A DNA stretch of 64,000 bases from Pelagomonas calceolata (GCA_918797485.1 CAKKNE010000005.1:434001-498000); one strand, 5' to 3'; shown: positions 1 through 11,195, numbered from the stretch's first letter. The notes: generated from the letters alone by a model not told the origin. Made by a program: numbers and translations.

Positions 1-1
1 C

Positions 2-136
2 CAGCCGCTGAACGACTGGCGGGTCAACGACGTCACGATTGTGACCGGGATATTCAAGGGCTCGGCCTTAAAACCCTGGCAGGACGTTGGTGACTCGAAA
101 CTTAGGTCACAGAAGCCATGCTGCGCCGTCTCGTGA
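2..136 (+). CDS. 3' end of a gene entering from the left edge; ends in a CaaX motif (KPCCAVS*)
   Basis: Open frame from nt 2 to TGA at 134-136; C-terminal CCAVS fits a prenylation signal. Confidence 0.5.
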   Translation, partial: QPLNDWRVNDVTIVTGIFKGSALKPWQDVGDSKLRSQKPCCAVS

Positions 137-188
137 CCCCGCGCCCGCACCATCTAGATATACTAGTAAGATAAATTAACAAAAGTCG

Positions 189-758
189 TCAGCGCACGCG
201 CACGGCGCCCTTGTTCTTCTCGACCTCGCCGGCGAGCCACGCCTCGAAGCCCGCGCGGTCGCCGTGCTTCGCGGTTTTCTTCTCCCGAAAGGCCTCCTTG
301 GCGTCGAACTTCTCGAGCTGCGCCGCGCGCCAGCTTTCTAGTTTCGTCACGTAGCGGTCGAATTCATCAGCCGTATAGAAGGCCTTCTTGCCGTTGATCG
401 CCAGCACCTCGACGTCAAAGACCAAATCAGCGTCCTCGGGGATGACGGGCGGGTGGCCCTTCTCGCCGTACCCGTAGTCCGACGATATTTTTAGAGTGGC
501 CCGCTGGCCCAGCGACAACTTCATGACGCCCTCGTCCCAGCCCTTGATGACCTGGCCCGTGCCGATCGTAAATTCGAACGGCTTGTCCCGGTCCCTCGAA
601 CTGTCGAACTTCGAGCCGTCCTTCGCCAGCGTTCCGGTGTAGTGCATGCGCAGCGTGTCGTTCTTCTTCGGGAACGTGGCGCCGTCTCCTGGTTGTGCAG
701 TGGCGCAGGTCGTGTCGACCTCGACGCCGCGCTTGAATTTTTCCGTGAGGGCGGCCAT
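189..758 (-). CDS. FKBP-type peptidyl-prolyl isomerase with C-terminal helical extension
   Basis: [37 protein letters not shown] motifs of the FKBP12 fold. Confidence 0.95.
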   Translation of the reverse strand: MAALTEKFKRGVEVDTTCATAQPGDGATFPKKNDTLRMHYTGTLAKDGSKFDSSRDRDKPFEFTIGTGQVIKGWDEGVMKLSLGQRATLKISSDYGYGEKGHPPVIPEDADLVFDVEVLAINGKKAFYTADEFDRYVTKLESWRAAQLEKFDAKEAFREKKTAKHGDRAGFEAWLAGEVEKNKGAVRVR

Positions 759-782
759 GGTCTTGCGTCGTGTGCTGCTCTA

Positions 783-832
783 TCTGTCGCTGCTTATTGT
801 CTGTCGCTGCTTTATCGTCTGTCGCTGCCTTA
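783..832. repeat. Three tandem copies of a ~17-18 bp unit (TCTGTCGCTGCyTTA) upstream of the FKBP start
   Basis: Read directly from the sequence. Confidence 0.8.
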
Positions 833-1006
833 GCGTGTCGCGGTGGCGGCGTGGCGCTCTCGGGCTGGAGAGCTGGTGTTGTTGTTGTGATGCAGGCTTC
901 AAGCGCTCGCGAGCTCACGCTGCGTATAGTAAGCAATGCAAATGCAACACCGTGTGATTGTATGAGAGCTTGCAGCGTGTTTTTTAGAACTCGACGCCAA
1001 AAAGTT

Positions 1007-1029
1007 GCTAGCGGCAGTAACACACTAGC
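1007..1029. promoter_or_regulatory. Paired-CTAG motif GCTAGCGGCAGTAACACACTAGC
   Basis: In a divergent intergenic region; recurs upstream of many genes. Confidence 0.55.
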
Positions 1030-1173
1030 CATTCGAAAACTGTGCCGGCTTATAGATTGATTACAGGACCTGCAGGGCAGCTGCAGCCATTAGAATTGGC
1101 GCGTCGATCACTCCTCGCAGCCTACTAATCGCATCACGCGAAGAGAGCCGCTTCTGAGGCCAGTCTCACAACC

Positions 1174-1722
1174 ATGGCCGCCGACGCCGTCTCCATCCGC
1201 GTTAGGGTAGGCGACCGCGACCACGCCGTGCTCTGCTCGAGCGGCATGCTGGTGGACGAGCTCCGCTACGTGCTGGGGAGCGCCTTCGAGGTCGACGCGG
1301 CGCACATCGCGGGCCTCGTGAGCGACGCGGGCGTCTGCAGCCCGCTGTCGCTGGTCGCGCGGGCGCCCCAGGCCTTTGCGTCCAACACGTACACGCTGCT
1401 GGTCAAGCCCGAGGCCTTCACGGAGAGTAGTGCGGAGCCGGCCCAGCCGCCCCAACCGACGCCGCTCGCGACGATCGCCGGCGCCGCCAACTTAAATGCG
1501 GTCGACGTCGACGACGCGATGGCCATATTGCGGGAGCAGAGCGACGCGAGCGGCCGCCTCGACAAGGCGGCCTTCGTCGTGGGCCTCGAGGCGGCGCTGG
1601 GGGACAACCAGACGCCGCGGAGCCGCGCGGCGCTCGCGGCGCTCTTCGACGTCGTCCGCTCGCGCACGGCGATCCACGCGGCGACGCGCGTGCCGCCGGA
1701 CTGCGTCCGCGCGCGCGCGTAG
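1174..1722 (+). CDS. Hypothetical protein with a degenerate EF-hand-like segment; 3' end may be spliced
   Basis: GC3-rich ORF; DASGRLDKAAF resembles an EF-hand loop. Confidence 0.55.
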   Translation: MAADAVSIRVRVGDRDHAVLCSSGMLVDELRYVLGSAFEVDAAHIAGLVSDAGVCSPLSLVARAPQAFASNTYTLLVKPEAFTESSAEPAQPPQPTPLATIAGAANLNAVDVDDAMAILREQSDASGRLDKAAFVVGLEAALGDNQTPRSRAALAALFDVVRSRTAIHAATRVPPDCVRARA

Positions 1723-1795
1723 ATGCTGTCGCGCCTAAGGCCCTTTTTCGTCGACGGCGTCGTCATAAATCACATTACTCACACCTAAGAAGGAC

Positions 1796-3402
1796 TCACC
1801 ATTTGTTGCCGAGCGACAGCGACGAAGAAGCCGAAGTGTCCGCGTCGGGCACGCGGTGGTGCCGCGTGTGGAGCCGCGGCCGCAGCGCCGCGCGCTGTGC
1901 AGGGTCGTCGCTGGCCCGTGGGTCGTTGGTCGGCGCTTCGTGCACCTTGAGAAGTGTCGCCGCGACGCGACTCTGGGCCTCGTCGCGGCTCTCCTTCTCA
2001 CCTTTCAACAGCCCGCCGCCGTTCGCGCAGCCGCTCTGTGTGTGTAAAACGCGGTAATGGGCCCTCCCCATCGACGGGACGAGCGCCCAAATCCCACCGC
2101 GTGCGGTTCGTGCTCTCGCGCCGCGAAGAGGGGTGAGATTCTCTACTATTGAAGAAGGGTCACCGTGACAAGTCAAGGGCGCTTTGTTGATTGACGACGC
2201 GGGATACGCACGGGACAGGCGAGCAATTCCACGAAGTCGTACTGGGGCTTTGGCCGCTTCAGCGCGGCGACGACGCGCTGCACGTTCCGAAACCCCGTCG
2301 CGATCGCGAACTTGAGCGGTCGCAGACCCGGTCTCTCTAAGGTAGCCTCGACGACGTCATTATTCCGACCGCGCTTCCACTCCGGCTCCTTACCAGCCAC
2401 ACACCGAAAGACGAAGTCCGCGTACCCACCTGACACACTTTGCGAGTGGGCGTGGACGCGCGTGTCCCGCGCATCGGCTTCCGTCGGGACGGCTTGCGTC
2501 GCCTCTAACCTATCGGCACCGATGGCCTCCACAAACTCAGTCAAAGTTAACACGAGACTGATATGAGGCACGTCGTCGTCCATGAGGTCGCGGCGATATC
2601 CCTCCAATTTTTTGTCGGCGCAGGCTCCCACATAACAAACGGCCGCATCTTGTACGACGGCCGCGGCGGCGGCCATCGGCGACTTTGTTGAGGATAAATA
2701 AGGCAGCGCGTGCGGCGCCGTCTTTTCCAGAAAACAGACCGTGCCGGGGCACTGCGACGTGACCAACGGTAAAGGGGCCTCGGTCTTCGGCTCGACAGTG
2801 TACGAGATGACCTGGTTCGTTTTCGGATCTTTGTAGGACGTCGAGGAGACGGCTACTGTTGGTGGAGGTGTTTCTCTAGATGCTGGTAGACCGGCGTCCT
2901 CTCTCGCAAGCCGTCTCTCGAACTCGTGCAGCGTCTCGAGCAGTTGTAAATCTTGCGCGTCCGTCGCGGCGACGACCCTTCGAACGGGCAACGCTGCAGT
3001 GCAGGCCGTCCGCAGTCGCGCCAAGGCTTCCGCGGGCGTCGAGTCGAACTTTTGGGCCACCGAAGCCAAGGCAGCTCTATCAATAACAACATCGACGGGC
3101 CGCCCTTCGTTACAGAGTATCCCAAGCTTCGGCGCGGCCTGCTCCGCCAGGAGCACGGACTCGGCACTCGTCACGCACCCGGAACACGCCAAGCAGTCGG
3201 ACACGGACACCTGAGCCGAACCGTTCGTCAGCGCCTGGATGGGGCCCGCGGGCGTGAATCCTACATTATTATCGTCCTCGGCCTCGAGCGTGATGCGCTT
3301 CCGCGTCGCTTGCGTGTCTCTCGCCAGGACCTCGGGCTTCGTGCACGACGCGCCCAGTCCGATCGCGTCCGCATCTAAGTTGGCGAGGAAGATGGAGGCC
3401 AT
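1796..3402 (-). CDS. NAR1: Cytosolic Fe-S assembly factor NAR1/CIAO3 (hydrogenase-like); exons 3402-2212 and 2035-1796
   Basis: DCLACSGCVTSAE, SQCPG, CADKKLE; splicing GT(2211)..AG(2036) restores ELLACP|SGCANGGG and the terminal Trp. Confidence 0.92.
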
Positions 3403-3606
3403 CTTCTACCGTCGTCGCCGGCTTTCGCGCGTCTCGCGGCGGCAAGCGTGCGCGCGCCGCTGCTTTTGTCGCTGGCAAGTCTGTGCAGGTCAGCGGAAGG
3501 CACAGGCTCGCGACGCGCTTGCGTGCGGTCCTTGTGGGTCCTCGCTGCCGATAAATGCGCGGCGTAGAAGCGCGCAGATTGCGTCCGTCTCGCGCCAGAG
3601 ATGAAA

Positions 3607-3630
3607 GCTAGCGGCATGTAAGACACTAGC
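3607..3630. promoter_or_regulatory. Paired-CTAG motif GCTAGCGGCATGTAAGACACTAGC
   Basis: Between the divergent NAR1 and LU-domain genes. Confidence 0.6.
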
Positions 3631-3875
3631 GCGATGTTTCCATCGAGAGGGCTCCACAGACGGCCACAGACCTGCGGCGGAGGCCTCGGAGCCGCAAGAA
3701 GGAGGCCGAGCCCGACGCGAAGCGCCAGCCTTTCGGTCCGCTACGCGAAGGTACAGCGGTCCCAGACCGCCACGGCACGCAGCGTTCGACCGCGCAAGGC
3801 AGCGCTCGGCGACCGACGCCAGACGCACCGGGAAGCAAGCAGCGAGGCTGCCCCCCACACGACCAGCAGAGATCC

Positions 3876-4778
3876 ATGGGCTGGGCCGCCGCGCTGCTGG
3901 GCGCGGCCCTCGTCCCGACCACACATGCGGGCCTCTTCACGGCCTACCATGTCAATGTCGTGAACCGGACGCACGCCTACATTAACACCACTCATAACGA
4001 ACCGTGGTGGCGGCGGCGACGTGAGGTGGAGAAGCCGCGTAAACGGAGATGGTGGCACCTTCGTAGACAACCGGAACCCGAACCAGAGACGTGGTGGGAC
4101 TGGTTCTGGGCAAAACCGGCGGAGCCCCCGACCCATCTACCGTGGTGGCGCGGCGGCGGCCACGACGATTCCATATTGAGGCCGCCTAGTTACTGGGCCG
4201 CGCTCGAAGAGAAACAGAAACAACAACGGCCCTCATGGTGGCGTCGAAGACTCCAGGCCGAAGCCGCGAAACGATCCTATGGCGTGGACAACTACAAGGG
4301 CACGACGTGGGGCGTCGCCGTCGGCGCGCAGGCCGACCAGAACTACCCGATCGGGGGGTTGAGATGTTATTACACGGTGAAAGGAGGCATAAGTGGTGGC
4401 TGGGCCCTGGCGGTCGACGAGCCGCAGATCAACAAGGCCGGGAACAACCAGAAGGCAATTCTGTGTCCCGAGGGCCAGAACAAGTTTTGTGTAAGGACAG
4501 AAGTCCTGAGCCTCCAGAACATCGAGTGCGGCTGGACGGAGTTCTACGGCGACCGCACGGAGTTCACGCCCTCCGAGGACACGGGGTGCATCTTCAAAAA
4601 ATGCGCCTCGACGTGCAAGGAGGACAAGATGACGGTCTACTCGAACTACATCGAGAAGTACCGCGAGGCGGCGCCGTACAACCGGGACACGCTGTGCTGC
4701 AAGACGCACTACTGCAACGCCGCTGCGGGGGTGGTCCCGTCTGTCTTGCTGGGGTTCGTCGTAATACTCTTTACTTAG
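3876..4778 (+). CDS. Secreted, probably GPI-anchored protein with Trp/Arg-rich N-region and Ly6/uPAR (LU)-like Cys domain
   Basis: Signal peptide; LRCY...CCKTHYCN with 10 Cys; hydrophobic C-tail. Confidence 0.7.
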   Translation: MGWAAALLGAALVPTTHAGLFTAYHVNVVNRTHAYINTTHNEPWWRRRREVEKPRKRRWWHLRRQPEPEPETWWDWFWAKPAEPPTHLPWWRGGGHDDSILRPPSYWAALEEKQKQQRPSWWRRRLQAEAAKRSYGVDNYKGTTWGVAVGAQADQNYPIGGLRCYYTVKGGISGGWALAVDEPQINKAGNNQKAILCPEGQNKFCVRTEVLSLQNIECGWTEFYGDRTEFTPSEDTGCIFKKCASTCKEDKMTVYSNYIEKYREAAPYNRDTLCCKTHYCNAAAGVVPSVLLGFVVILFT

Positions 4779-4969
4779 GCTTCGGCGACGGTTGCACATC
4801 ATTCGGGTTCTGCTATGAAAGACGCCGCCACCGATGAATCGGCGACGCGCGGTGCTAGCCTAGTAGCACCGTGATACTCGGGGCGACGGCGTCCGAGGGC
4901 CGGGGGCGTGGCGGTCGTGGTGGCTAGGCGGCCTAGCTCTAAGCAAAGCAACAGAGATATATGCTCACG

Positions 4970-5938
4970 TTAGTCCTCCTTCGTGTGGTGCGACAGCCGG
5001 TGCAGCAGCCATCTCGCCCTAGTCCAGGGCCAGGGGAAGTGGCCCAACACATGACCTCTTTGTGCTCGGTCCACGCGCAACGACGCGATGATGAGCGGTA
5101 AGGCCGCCGCCGCGCCCGCGATCAAAAAGCGGACGGCCCAGTCGTCCAACAGGCCCACGGGTATTTGCTCCGCGACAGCTCTAATCGCCAAAGCTCGCAA
5201 CAAAGCGCCGACGAGCGTCACTCCACCAAACATGGACCAGGAGACGCCCGCCGCGCCGGCCAGGGCACACGTCGACACGCCCGGCGCGGCCACGACGGCC
5301 GCCAGGGCCGCCGCTTTACTCATGGGCGCCGAGGGGAGCCACTCGTCGACGTAGCGCTGGCCCCGCAGCCTGCCGAGAGCGAAGCAGGCGCTGTCCTCGG
5401 CTGTCCGTCGTAGGACCACCACCAGGAGCCACGGTAATAATGGAAATTGGTGGGTCAGGAGGCAGTGCGCGTCGTTCGCGTTCAAAGACAAAGCGGCCAG
5501 GGGGTACTCGCGCGCTAATAATGGCGAGCAGAAGTCTCCGACGAGTCCAAGAACTTTGAGCGACGCGGCGGCCGCGTCGACGAACGTGATCGTATTCGCA
5601 TTCGCGGCGCAGCGGAACCGGATGGCCAGGAAGGCCGTCGTCGGCTTCGCGCGGGGATAGAAGCTCTTTAGTAATGATTTGAGTTCGGCAGCATCGGCGC
5701 AGTCCTCCGCCCTCGCGAGCTTATCGTCGATGGCATCATATGAAACCGGTTCGATACTCAATATGGTGAGCTCGGCGAAGGTCTCGCCTTGACAGGTCGC
5801 GGCGGCCCTCATGCCGGGCCGGAGGCCGTCGACGTCGGTGTTCGAGTCGAGCTCGCCGACTAACCTCGTGGTTGCGGTCTTGCTTCCATCCAAGACGGCG
5901 TCTCTCAATGAACTGTGGAAGTCGAGTCTTGGCAGCAT
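4970..5938 (-). CDS. ASCH/PUA-domain protein with hydrophobic C-terminal half
   Basis: LDFHSSLRDAVLDGSKTATTR (GxKxxTxR ASCH motif); likely start MLPRL at 5938. Confidence 0.7.
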   Translation of the reverse strand: MLPRLDFHSSLRDAVLDGSKTATTRLVGELDSNTDVDGLRPGMRAAATCQGETFAELTILSIEPVSYDAIDDKLARAEDCADAAELKSLLKSFYPRAKPTTAFLAIRFRCAANANTITFVDAAAASLKVLGLVGDFCSPLLAREYPLAALSLNANDAHCLLTHQFPLLPWLLVVVLRRTAEDSACFALGRLRGQRYVDEWLPSAPMSKAAALAAVVAAPGVSTCALAGAAGVSWSMFGGVTLVGALLRALAIRAVAEQIPVGLLDDWAVRFLIAGAAAALPLIIASLRVDRAQRGHVLGHFPWPWTRARWLLHRLSHHTKED

Positions 5939-6286
5939 CGTGGGTTTTGGGCTCGCCGCGTCGGCAGCTCGCTGCGCCAGACCCTGGGGCTGTGCTTCTC
6001 CAAGCTGCTGCGAGGTGCCGCGCACACGGTTTTTGCGCTCGCAGAGGCTCCGCTGCGACAAATGATCGTGCGTCAACGTGGTTTTACGTGCGTTTAGCGC
6101 TTGCCGCGGCTTGCTCCAGGCGAAAACTGGATGGCATCTCCCTGCACCACAGCGGCTCTGCCTTTGTGCACGACGCGACTGAGTGTCCTTGGGAGTCCTC
6201 CAGCTGGCTACGACGTGGAATCGAGCTCTGGGACCGGCTGCTCGGATGTGGCACCGTGAGCAATAAGCCGTCGCGGCAGCAATGCC

Positions 6287-7483
6287 ATGATCAGCACATG
6301 GCTCCTCTGCTGCCTCCTGGCAACGCGCGCGAGCAGTGGACCGGGCATCGCATGGCGACTCGAGGTCGGCTGTGACATCAATGGCTTCTTCGTTGAGCTT
6401 TTAGGCCTGCTGCCCGCGCTCGAAACCATTATTCCCGGTGGCGTCGTCGTCCGCGGCCTGCGATGCGACGAGCTAGAGCTCGCGAAGCTCTTCCCGGAGG
6501 AGGCCGCGGCCGTCGCGCGAGCGACGTTGCGAGACGACGACCCATCAGTGCCGGAGATCGTGCACGGGCGCTGCGGCGAAGGAGCGACGCACGAGCGGCT
6601 GCCGGCCTACGTCTACGGCCAGTTGCGGCCGCGCGCTGCGCGCCTTATGGTGGAGCGCACGCGCGGTGCTGGCGATGCGGAAGTTTACAGCTGCGCGGCG
6701 CGCGCCGCGGTGGTCATCGCGCCGACGCAATGGAATGCCGAGCAATTTGGCGACCGCGCCGTCGTCGCGCCCGAGGCCGTCGACCCATCATTGTTCTCGC
6801 CGGCCGCGGCCGCACGCGACGACGACGCGCGCTCGTCAATCGAAGCGTTGCTCGGGCCGAAGCCGGCGTTTCGCGTGTTGTCTATTTTCAAGTGGGAGCG
6901 CCGCAAGGCCCCGGACGTGCTGGTGGATGGGTTCTTCCGCGCGTTTCGCGACGCCGACGCGGAGCTGGTAATCCACGCTTATCGCCCCTCCTGGGAGCGC
7001 GGCGACCAAGACCTCCGGCGCGTCGCGGAGAGAATGCGGCCCGCCGGAAATGAAGCGCGCCTGACGTGGCTGCGGGGCGTTCAGCTCTCTCGCCGCGAGC
7101 TCCGGGCGCTATACGCTGCCGTGGACTGCTTCGCCCTGCCGACGCGTGGCGAGGGCTGGGGCCTGCCCGTCCACGAGGCTCTGGCGATGCAACTGCCGAC
7201 GGTCGTCACTGGTATAGCGGGGCCGCTCGATATCACGGGCGGCAACGGCACGGCGTGGCTCCTCGATCCGGGCGGCCGCGGCCGCGACGGCCTGGCGCGG
7301 CCGCGGCCCGAGGACCTGGCGGCGGCGTTGCGCGCGATTCGCGACGATCCGGCTGAAGCTCTGAGGCGGGCGACTGCCGGGCGCGAGCGGTTGGCTCGCC
7401 TGTATTCGCCGGCCGTCGTGGCGCGACGGTTCGTGGAAGTGCTGGGTTCTGGGTTCTTTCTTCCTCGCGATGGTGAGCTTTAA
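6287..7483 (+). CDS. GT4-family (GT-B) glycosyltransferase, secretory, ending DGEL
   Basis: FKWERRKAPDVL, LPTRGEGWGLPVHEALA motif; N-terminal signal peptide. Confidence 0.88.
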   Translation: MISTWLLCCLLATRASSGPGIAWRLEVGCDINGFFVELLGLLPALETIIPGGVVVRGLRCDELELAKLFPEEAAAVARATLRDDDPSVPEIVHGRCGEGATHERLPAYVYGQLRPRAARLMVERTRGAGDAEVYSCAARAAVVIAPTQWNAEQFGDRAVVAPEAVDPSLFSPAAAARDDDARSSIEALLGPKPAFRVLSIFKWERRKAPDVLVDGFFRAFRDADAELVIHAYRPSWERGDQDLRRVAERMRPAGNEARLTWLRGVQLSRRELRALYAAVDCFALPTRGEGWGLPVHEALAMQLPTVVTGIAGPLDITGGNGTAWLLDPGGRGRDGLARPRPEDLAAALRAIRDDPAEALRRATAGRERLARLYSPAVVARRFVEVLGSGFFLPRDGEL

Positions 7484-7666
7484 GTGTGTGTTATGTTTCA
7501 GATTTGAAGGGAACGCGGAGCCGACGCCTCCCCGCGTGACTGTACACCCGGCCCGCCCCCGACCCTCAGCCCACGCTGTCCACGCTGCTCCGAAGTTTGC
7601 ATGCAGCCCGAATTGGCGTTTTGTGGGGAGATATATACCGAGTTTCGTGCGATTATCCTAGAACAG

Positions 7667-7688
7667 GCTAGCTTATAGGGATACTAGC
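7667..7688. promoter_or_regulatory. Paired-CTAG motif variant GCTAGCTTATAGGGATACTAGC
   Basis: About 150 bp upstream of the RSH start. Confidence 0.45.
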
Positions 7689-7835
7689 TCGCACAATCTT
7701 CTTGTGCGCTGCGCCAGTTGCGGGCACACCGAGCGCCCCGCGCTTCGATCAAAAGCTGCCGGTGTCACTGGCCCACCGTGCTGCGTCCAGGAGGCCGGAG
7801 TAGCGCGGTCGTAGGCGTAGCTGACAGCGGTCAAA

Positions 7836-9818
7836 ATGAGACGGCCAGCGGCGGCCAGCTGGGCCGCAGCCGCTTTATTATGCCTCGTGAGGGTAGCCAG
7901 CCTCAGCGCGCCGCCCGCGCCGCCCCCAGATAAACCCAAGCCAAAGGGCCCGCCCCCCGACGAGCCGCGCGAGCGGCGCAGGGGCGCGTCCTTTAATTCG
8001 TGGGAGTCCTGGGACTCCGCCGTGAACGTGGCGTTTCGCCCCTGGGACGACGCCGCCCAATTGTTAACGTCGGTGGAACGGCGAAGAGCCTTCGACCCGA
8101 AGCCGAGACGACAGGACGTCGAGGGCGGCCGCTGGTGGACGCGCCTCTCCCAGACCATCTTCCCCGTCGAACGTGCAGATGACGGGTTGCTCGTGGGCGA
8201 CACGTGGTCCGAATTGCGCAATTCGCTGGAGGATGACGACGTCCGAGAGTCAGCAGATAGGGCCACGCGTCTCCTGACGGACTGGGCTTCCCAAGGAGGC
8301 GCTGCGAGACAACTCGCGGTCAACAAGGGCGCGTCCGTCGCGTCTTATGTGTCGAGAACCCCGTTCGGCACCGACGCCGCAGTAGTTGCTGCTGCTCTTC
8401 TCTGTGACGCCCACGAGGAGACGTACGGCGAGTACCGAGGACCGGCGACGCTACCCTACGAAGCCATCGTCGAAGCTCTCGGTGCGGAGACGGCGGATTT
8501 ATCTCGTGATCTGGCCAACCTCGCTCATTTGTGTAAACTCCAACGGGCGCGGTGGGGCGCCGGGACCATGTGGGGCGATCCTAGGAGAGGCCTCATCACG
8601 GGCTTCGGGGACCAGGATGATGCTCTCTTGAGGAGCTGTCGGCTGCCTCGATCGCATGCCCAGAACCTCCAGGAGATGTTAGTGGCCGTGGCGGGGGACT
8701 TCCGGTCGCTGCCTTTGTTATTAGCGCGCCACCTGGAAGCTCTCCACGAGGAGTGTGCGGAGCGGAGGGACGCCGAGGAGGCTAGAAGGTTGGAAAGGCT
8801 AGCGGGTGGTACTGTCGAGGAACTAGGTGATGCCCCTTCATCACTAGCAAGAGACGCGCTAGACGTCCTCGCCCCTCTCGCGGACCGCTTCGGTCTCAAT
8901 CAGTTAAAAACGGATCTCGAGGACGCGGCCTTCGAGCGGTTGGCTCCGAAGGCGCGGCGTAGGATTTGTGATGCGCTCGAAAGTCAACGAAGTGAGAGAG
9001 ACGTCGTCCTGGAAGACGTCACGCGTAGACTCAAACGAAACTTGTATGAAGACGACGTCGTCATGAACGGCGTCTCTTCGTTGCGGGTGTATGCGAGAGA
9101 GAAAGCTCCTTTTTCGATATGGAGAAAACAAAGGCGATTAGGCGCCACGAACGGCGAAGTTAAGATGCCACCAGACGTCGTCGCGTGTAGGGTGGTCCTG
9201 GACCCGCTCGACAAAAAGGACGACAGCGCGCTGTGCTACCACGTCCTCGACCGCGTCCGAAAAGTGTGGAGATCCAACGAGAATCGGACCAAAGACTACA
9301 TCGCGCGCCCGAAGTTGAACGGCTATCGTTCATTACATGCGACGGCCAAAACTAGGTTGCATGGTGCCGTGTATGATTTTGAAGTGCAAATTCGGACGCG
9401 GGACATGCATCTCGTGGCCGAGTTTGGCTCCGCAGCTCATTCGCTGTATATCGACGGGACTTCGGACCGGATGGTGCCTTCCTTTAGTCCGGGCAACGAG
9501 ACGCGGACGTCGCGATTGGGTGCGAAAGCTGGAAGGGCCTTGGGGGATGCTTTACGGAGCGAACGGGTCTTCGTGGTGGCGGAAGGGGGGAGGGTGCTGA
9601 CGCTGGGCTCGTCCGCCAAAACTTGTGAAGCTCGAGGCGCATTACTGGAAGATTTACGGCGGGACGAGGCCGAGTTCGACGTGAACGGCCCGGTCGAAGT
9701 GAATGGCCGGCGGCCGGACTGGATCGAGTCGCTGGACACGCCGCTGAATAATGGGGACGAGGTCCGGTGGGCGCCGCCGGCCGAAATTCGGCCACGGCGG
9801 TGGCCTGGGGACGTGTAA
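7836..9818 (+). CDS. RSH: Plastid-targeted RelA/SpoT homolog (ppGpp synthetase, degenerate HD domain, TGS-like C-terminus)
   Basis: APLADRFGL, REK, KDYIARPKLNGYRSLH, EVQIRT, AEFGSAAH; signal peptide. Confidence 0.92.
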   Translation: MRRPAAASWAAAALLCLVRVASLSAPPAPPPDKPKPKGPPPDEPRERRRGASFNSWESWDSAVNVAFRPWDDAAQLLTSVERRRAFDPKPRRQDVEGGRWWTRLSQTIFPVERADDGLLVGDTWSELRNSLEDDDVRESADRATRLLTDWASQGGAARQLAVNKGASVASYVSRTPFGTDAAVVAAALLCDAHEETYGEYRGPATLPYEAIVEALGAETADLSRDLANLAHLCKLQRARWGAGTMWGDPRRGLITGFGDQDDALLRSCRLPRSHAQNLQEMLVAVAGDFRSLPLLLARHLEALHEECAERRDAEEARRLERLAGGTVEELGDAPSSLARDALDVLAPLADRFGLNQLKTDLEDAAFERLAPKARRRICDALESQRSERDVVLEDVTRRLKRNLYEDDVVMNGVSSLRVYAREKAPFSIWRKQRRLGATNGEVKMPPDVVACRVVLDPLDKKDDSALCYHVLDRVRKVWRSNENRTKDYIARPKLNGYRSLHATAKTRLHGAVYDFEVQIRTRDMHLVAEFGSAAHSLYIDGTSDRMVPSFSPGNETRTSRLGAKAGRALGDALRSERVFVVAEGGRVLTLGSSAKTCEARGALLEDLRRDEAEFDVNGPVEVNGRRPDWIESLDTPLNNGDEVRWAPPAEIRPRRWPGDV

Positions 9819-10189
9819 GTTTTAGCCTCGATTGGTGTTTTTCGAGCTAGTGTGTCTCTTCATCTAGCATCGTGACATCATCGTCGCAAAAGCCGGGCAA
9901 CCTGGCGCATCGCTGGTCGTTTCAGCCATCCGTGCAACCGCTGGGGCATCATCGATCGCTGCGGCCGTGTAGCATTGCTCATCCCCGGCTGCAAGTGCAG
10001 CAGTGCAGCTCACTGTGCAGGCTGCAGCTAGTTGCAGGCTGCCACGAGGGCAGCTTGCATAACTACGCCGTTCGAGCAGTGGTTGCTGTGCAACTGCTGG
10101 TCACCTAGCGCTCTGCACCGAGCTTGCACCAGATACGCCGTCGCAGCGGCGCCTCATCGTCGCCGCATTGCAATCTCGCAGCTGCAGCA

Positions 10190-11162
10190 ATGACCACGTC
10201 CTACTACGACGTCGCCGCGGGCCTGGGTGCTGCGGGCTTCGCCGGCGGCTTGTCGGTAGCCATCATGAACCCGCTCGACACGCTCAAGGTGCGCTACCAG
10301 GTGTCGACGGAGCCTGGTGGAATGCGTGGCTTCGCCGGGCAGATCGTGCGCCAGGAGGGTTTGTGGAGGGGCCTCTGGCTACCGGGAGTCAACGCTAACT
10401 TCTGGGGCATCGGCGTCAGTTCCGTGGGCCGCGTGGGCTGCTACCCCTACGTCCGCGACGGCCTCCTGCAGGCGGTCGGCGCGACGGAGAAGAATGCCGG
10501 TGTGATGTTCGTCGCCGGACTGCTCGCTGGCGCCGTCGGCTACCTCGTGTCCTCCCCCGTCTACCAGGTGAAGACGCTGGCGCAGGCCGAGGCCGGGCTT
10601 TTAGAAAACGGCGTCTTCGCGACGGGCGCTTCAGTAGGTAAGGCGCCGCGCTACGCGTCGCTCGTGCAAGGCCTGGGGACGCTAAAGCGGGACTGTCATC
10701 TGTGGAGGGGCGCCGGCGCGCTGGTCGTGCGCGGCGCACTGCTGTCGGCGGGCATGCAGGTTAGGCGCCCGCGCCTTTTGAGGTCCCTTCCACGCCATCG
10801 ACGCGACGTCCCTCCCTCATCGGCCCATTACGCAGGTCGGCTACGACGGCTTCAAGACCTGGGCGAAGCGGCGGGGCCTGCTCGAGGACGGTCCTGTTCT
10901 GCACGGCTTGGCCGCTTGTGCGGGTGGTGTCGGCGCGGGCGTGTGCGCGACGCCGGCGGACGTGGTGATGACGCGGTATCAGGCCTCTTCCACATACCGG
11001 AGCGCGTTCGGCGCCGCCGCGGACATTTTGAGGAAGGACGGAGTACTGGCCTTCTACCGCGGCTTCACGCCGTTCGTGGTGCGGCTCGGTCCCGTGTTTC
11101 TCATCTCGCTGCCGCTGACGGAGCAGATCCGACGGCTGGCGGGTCTCGGGTACCTCAGTTAA
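10190..11162 (+). CDS. Mitochondrial carrier family protein; intron 10760-10835
   Basis: Three Px[DE]xx[KR]-type repeats (PLDTLKVR, PVYQVKT, PADVVMTR); GT..AG splice joins the two ORFs. Confidence 0.9.
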
Positions 11163-11195
11163 CTTAGTAGTAGTGTTATGACTAGTTCCTGCGGC

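Noticed and set aside
7836..9818. Nucleosome-scale CG periodicity and more AT-rich codons in gene interiors
   Set aside because: Impression only; needs autocorrelation analysis that I cannot run
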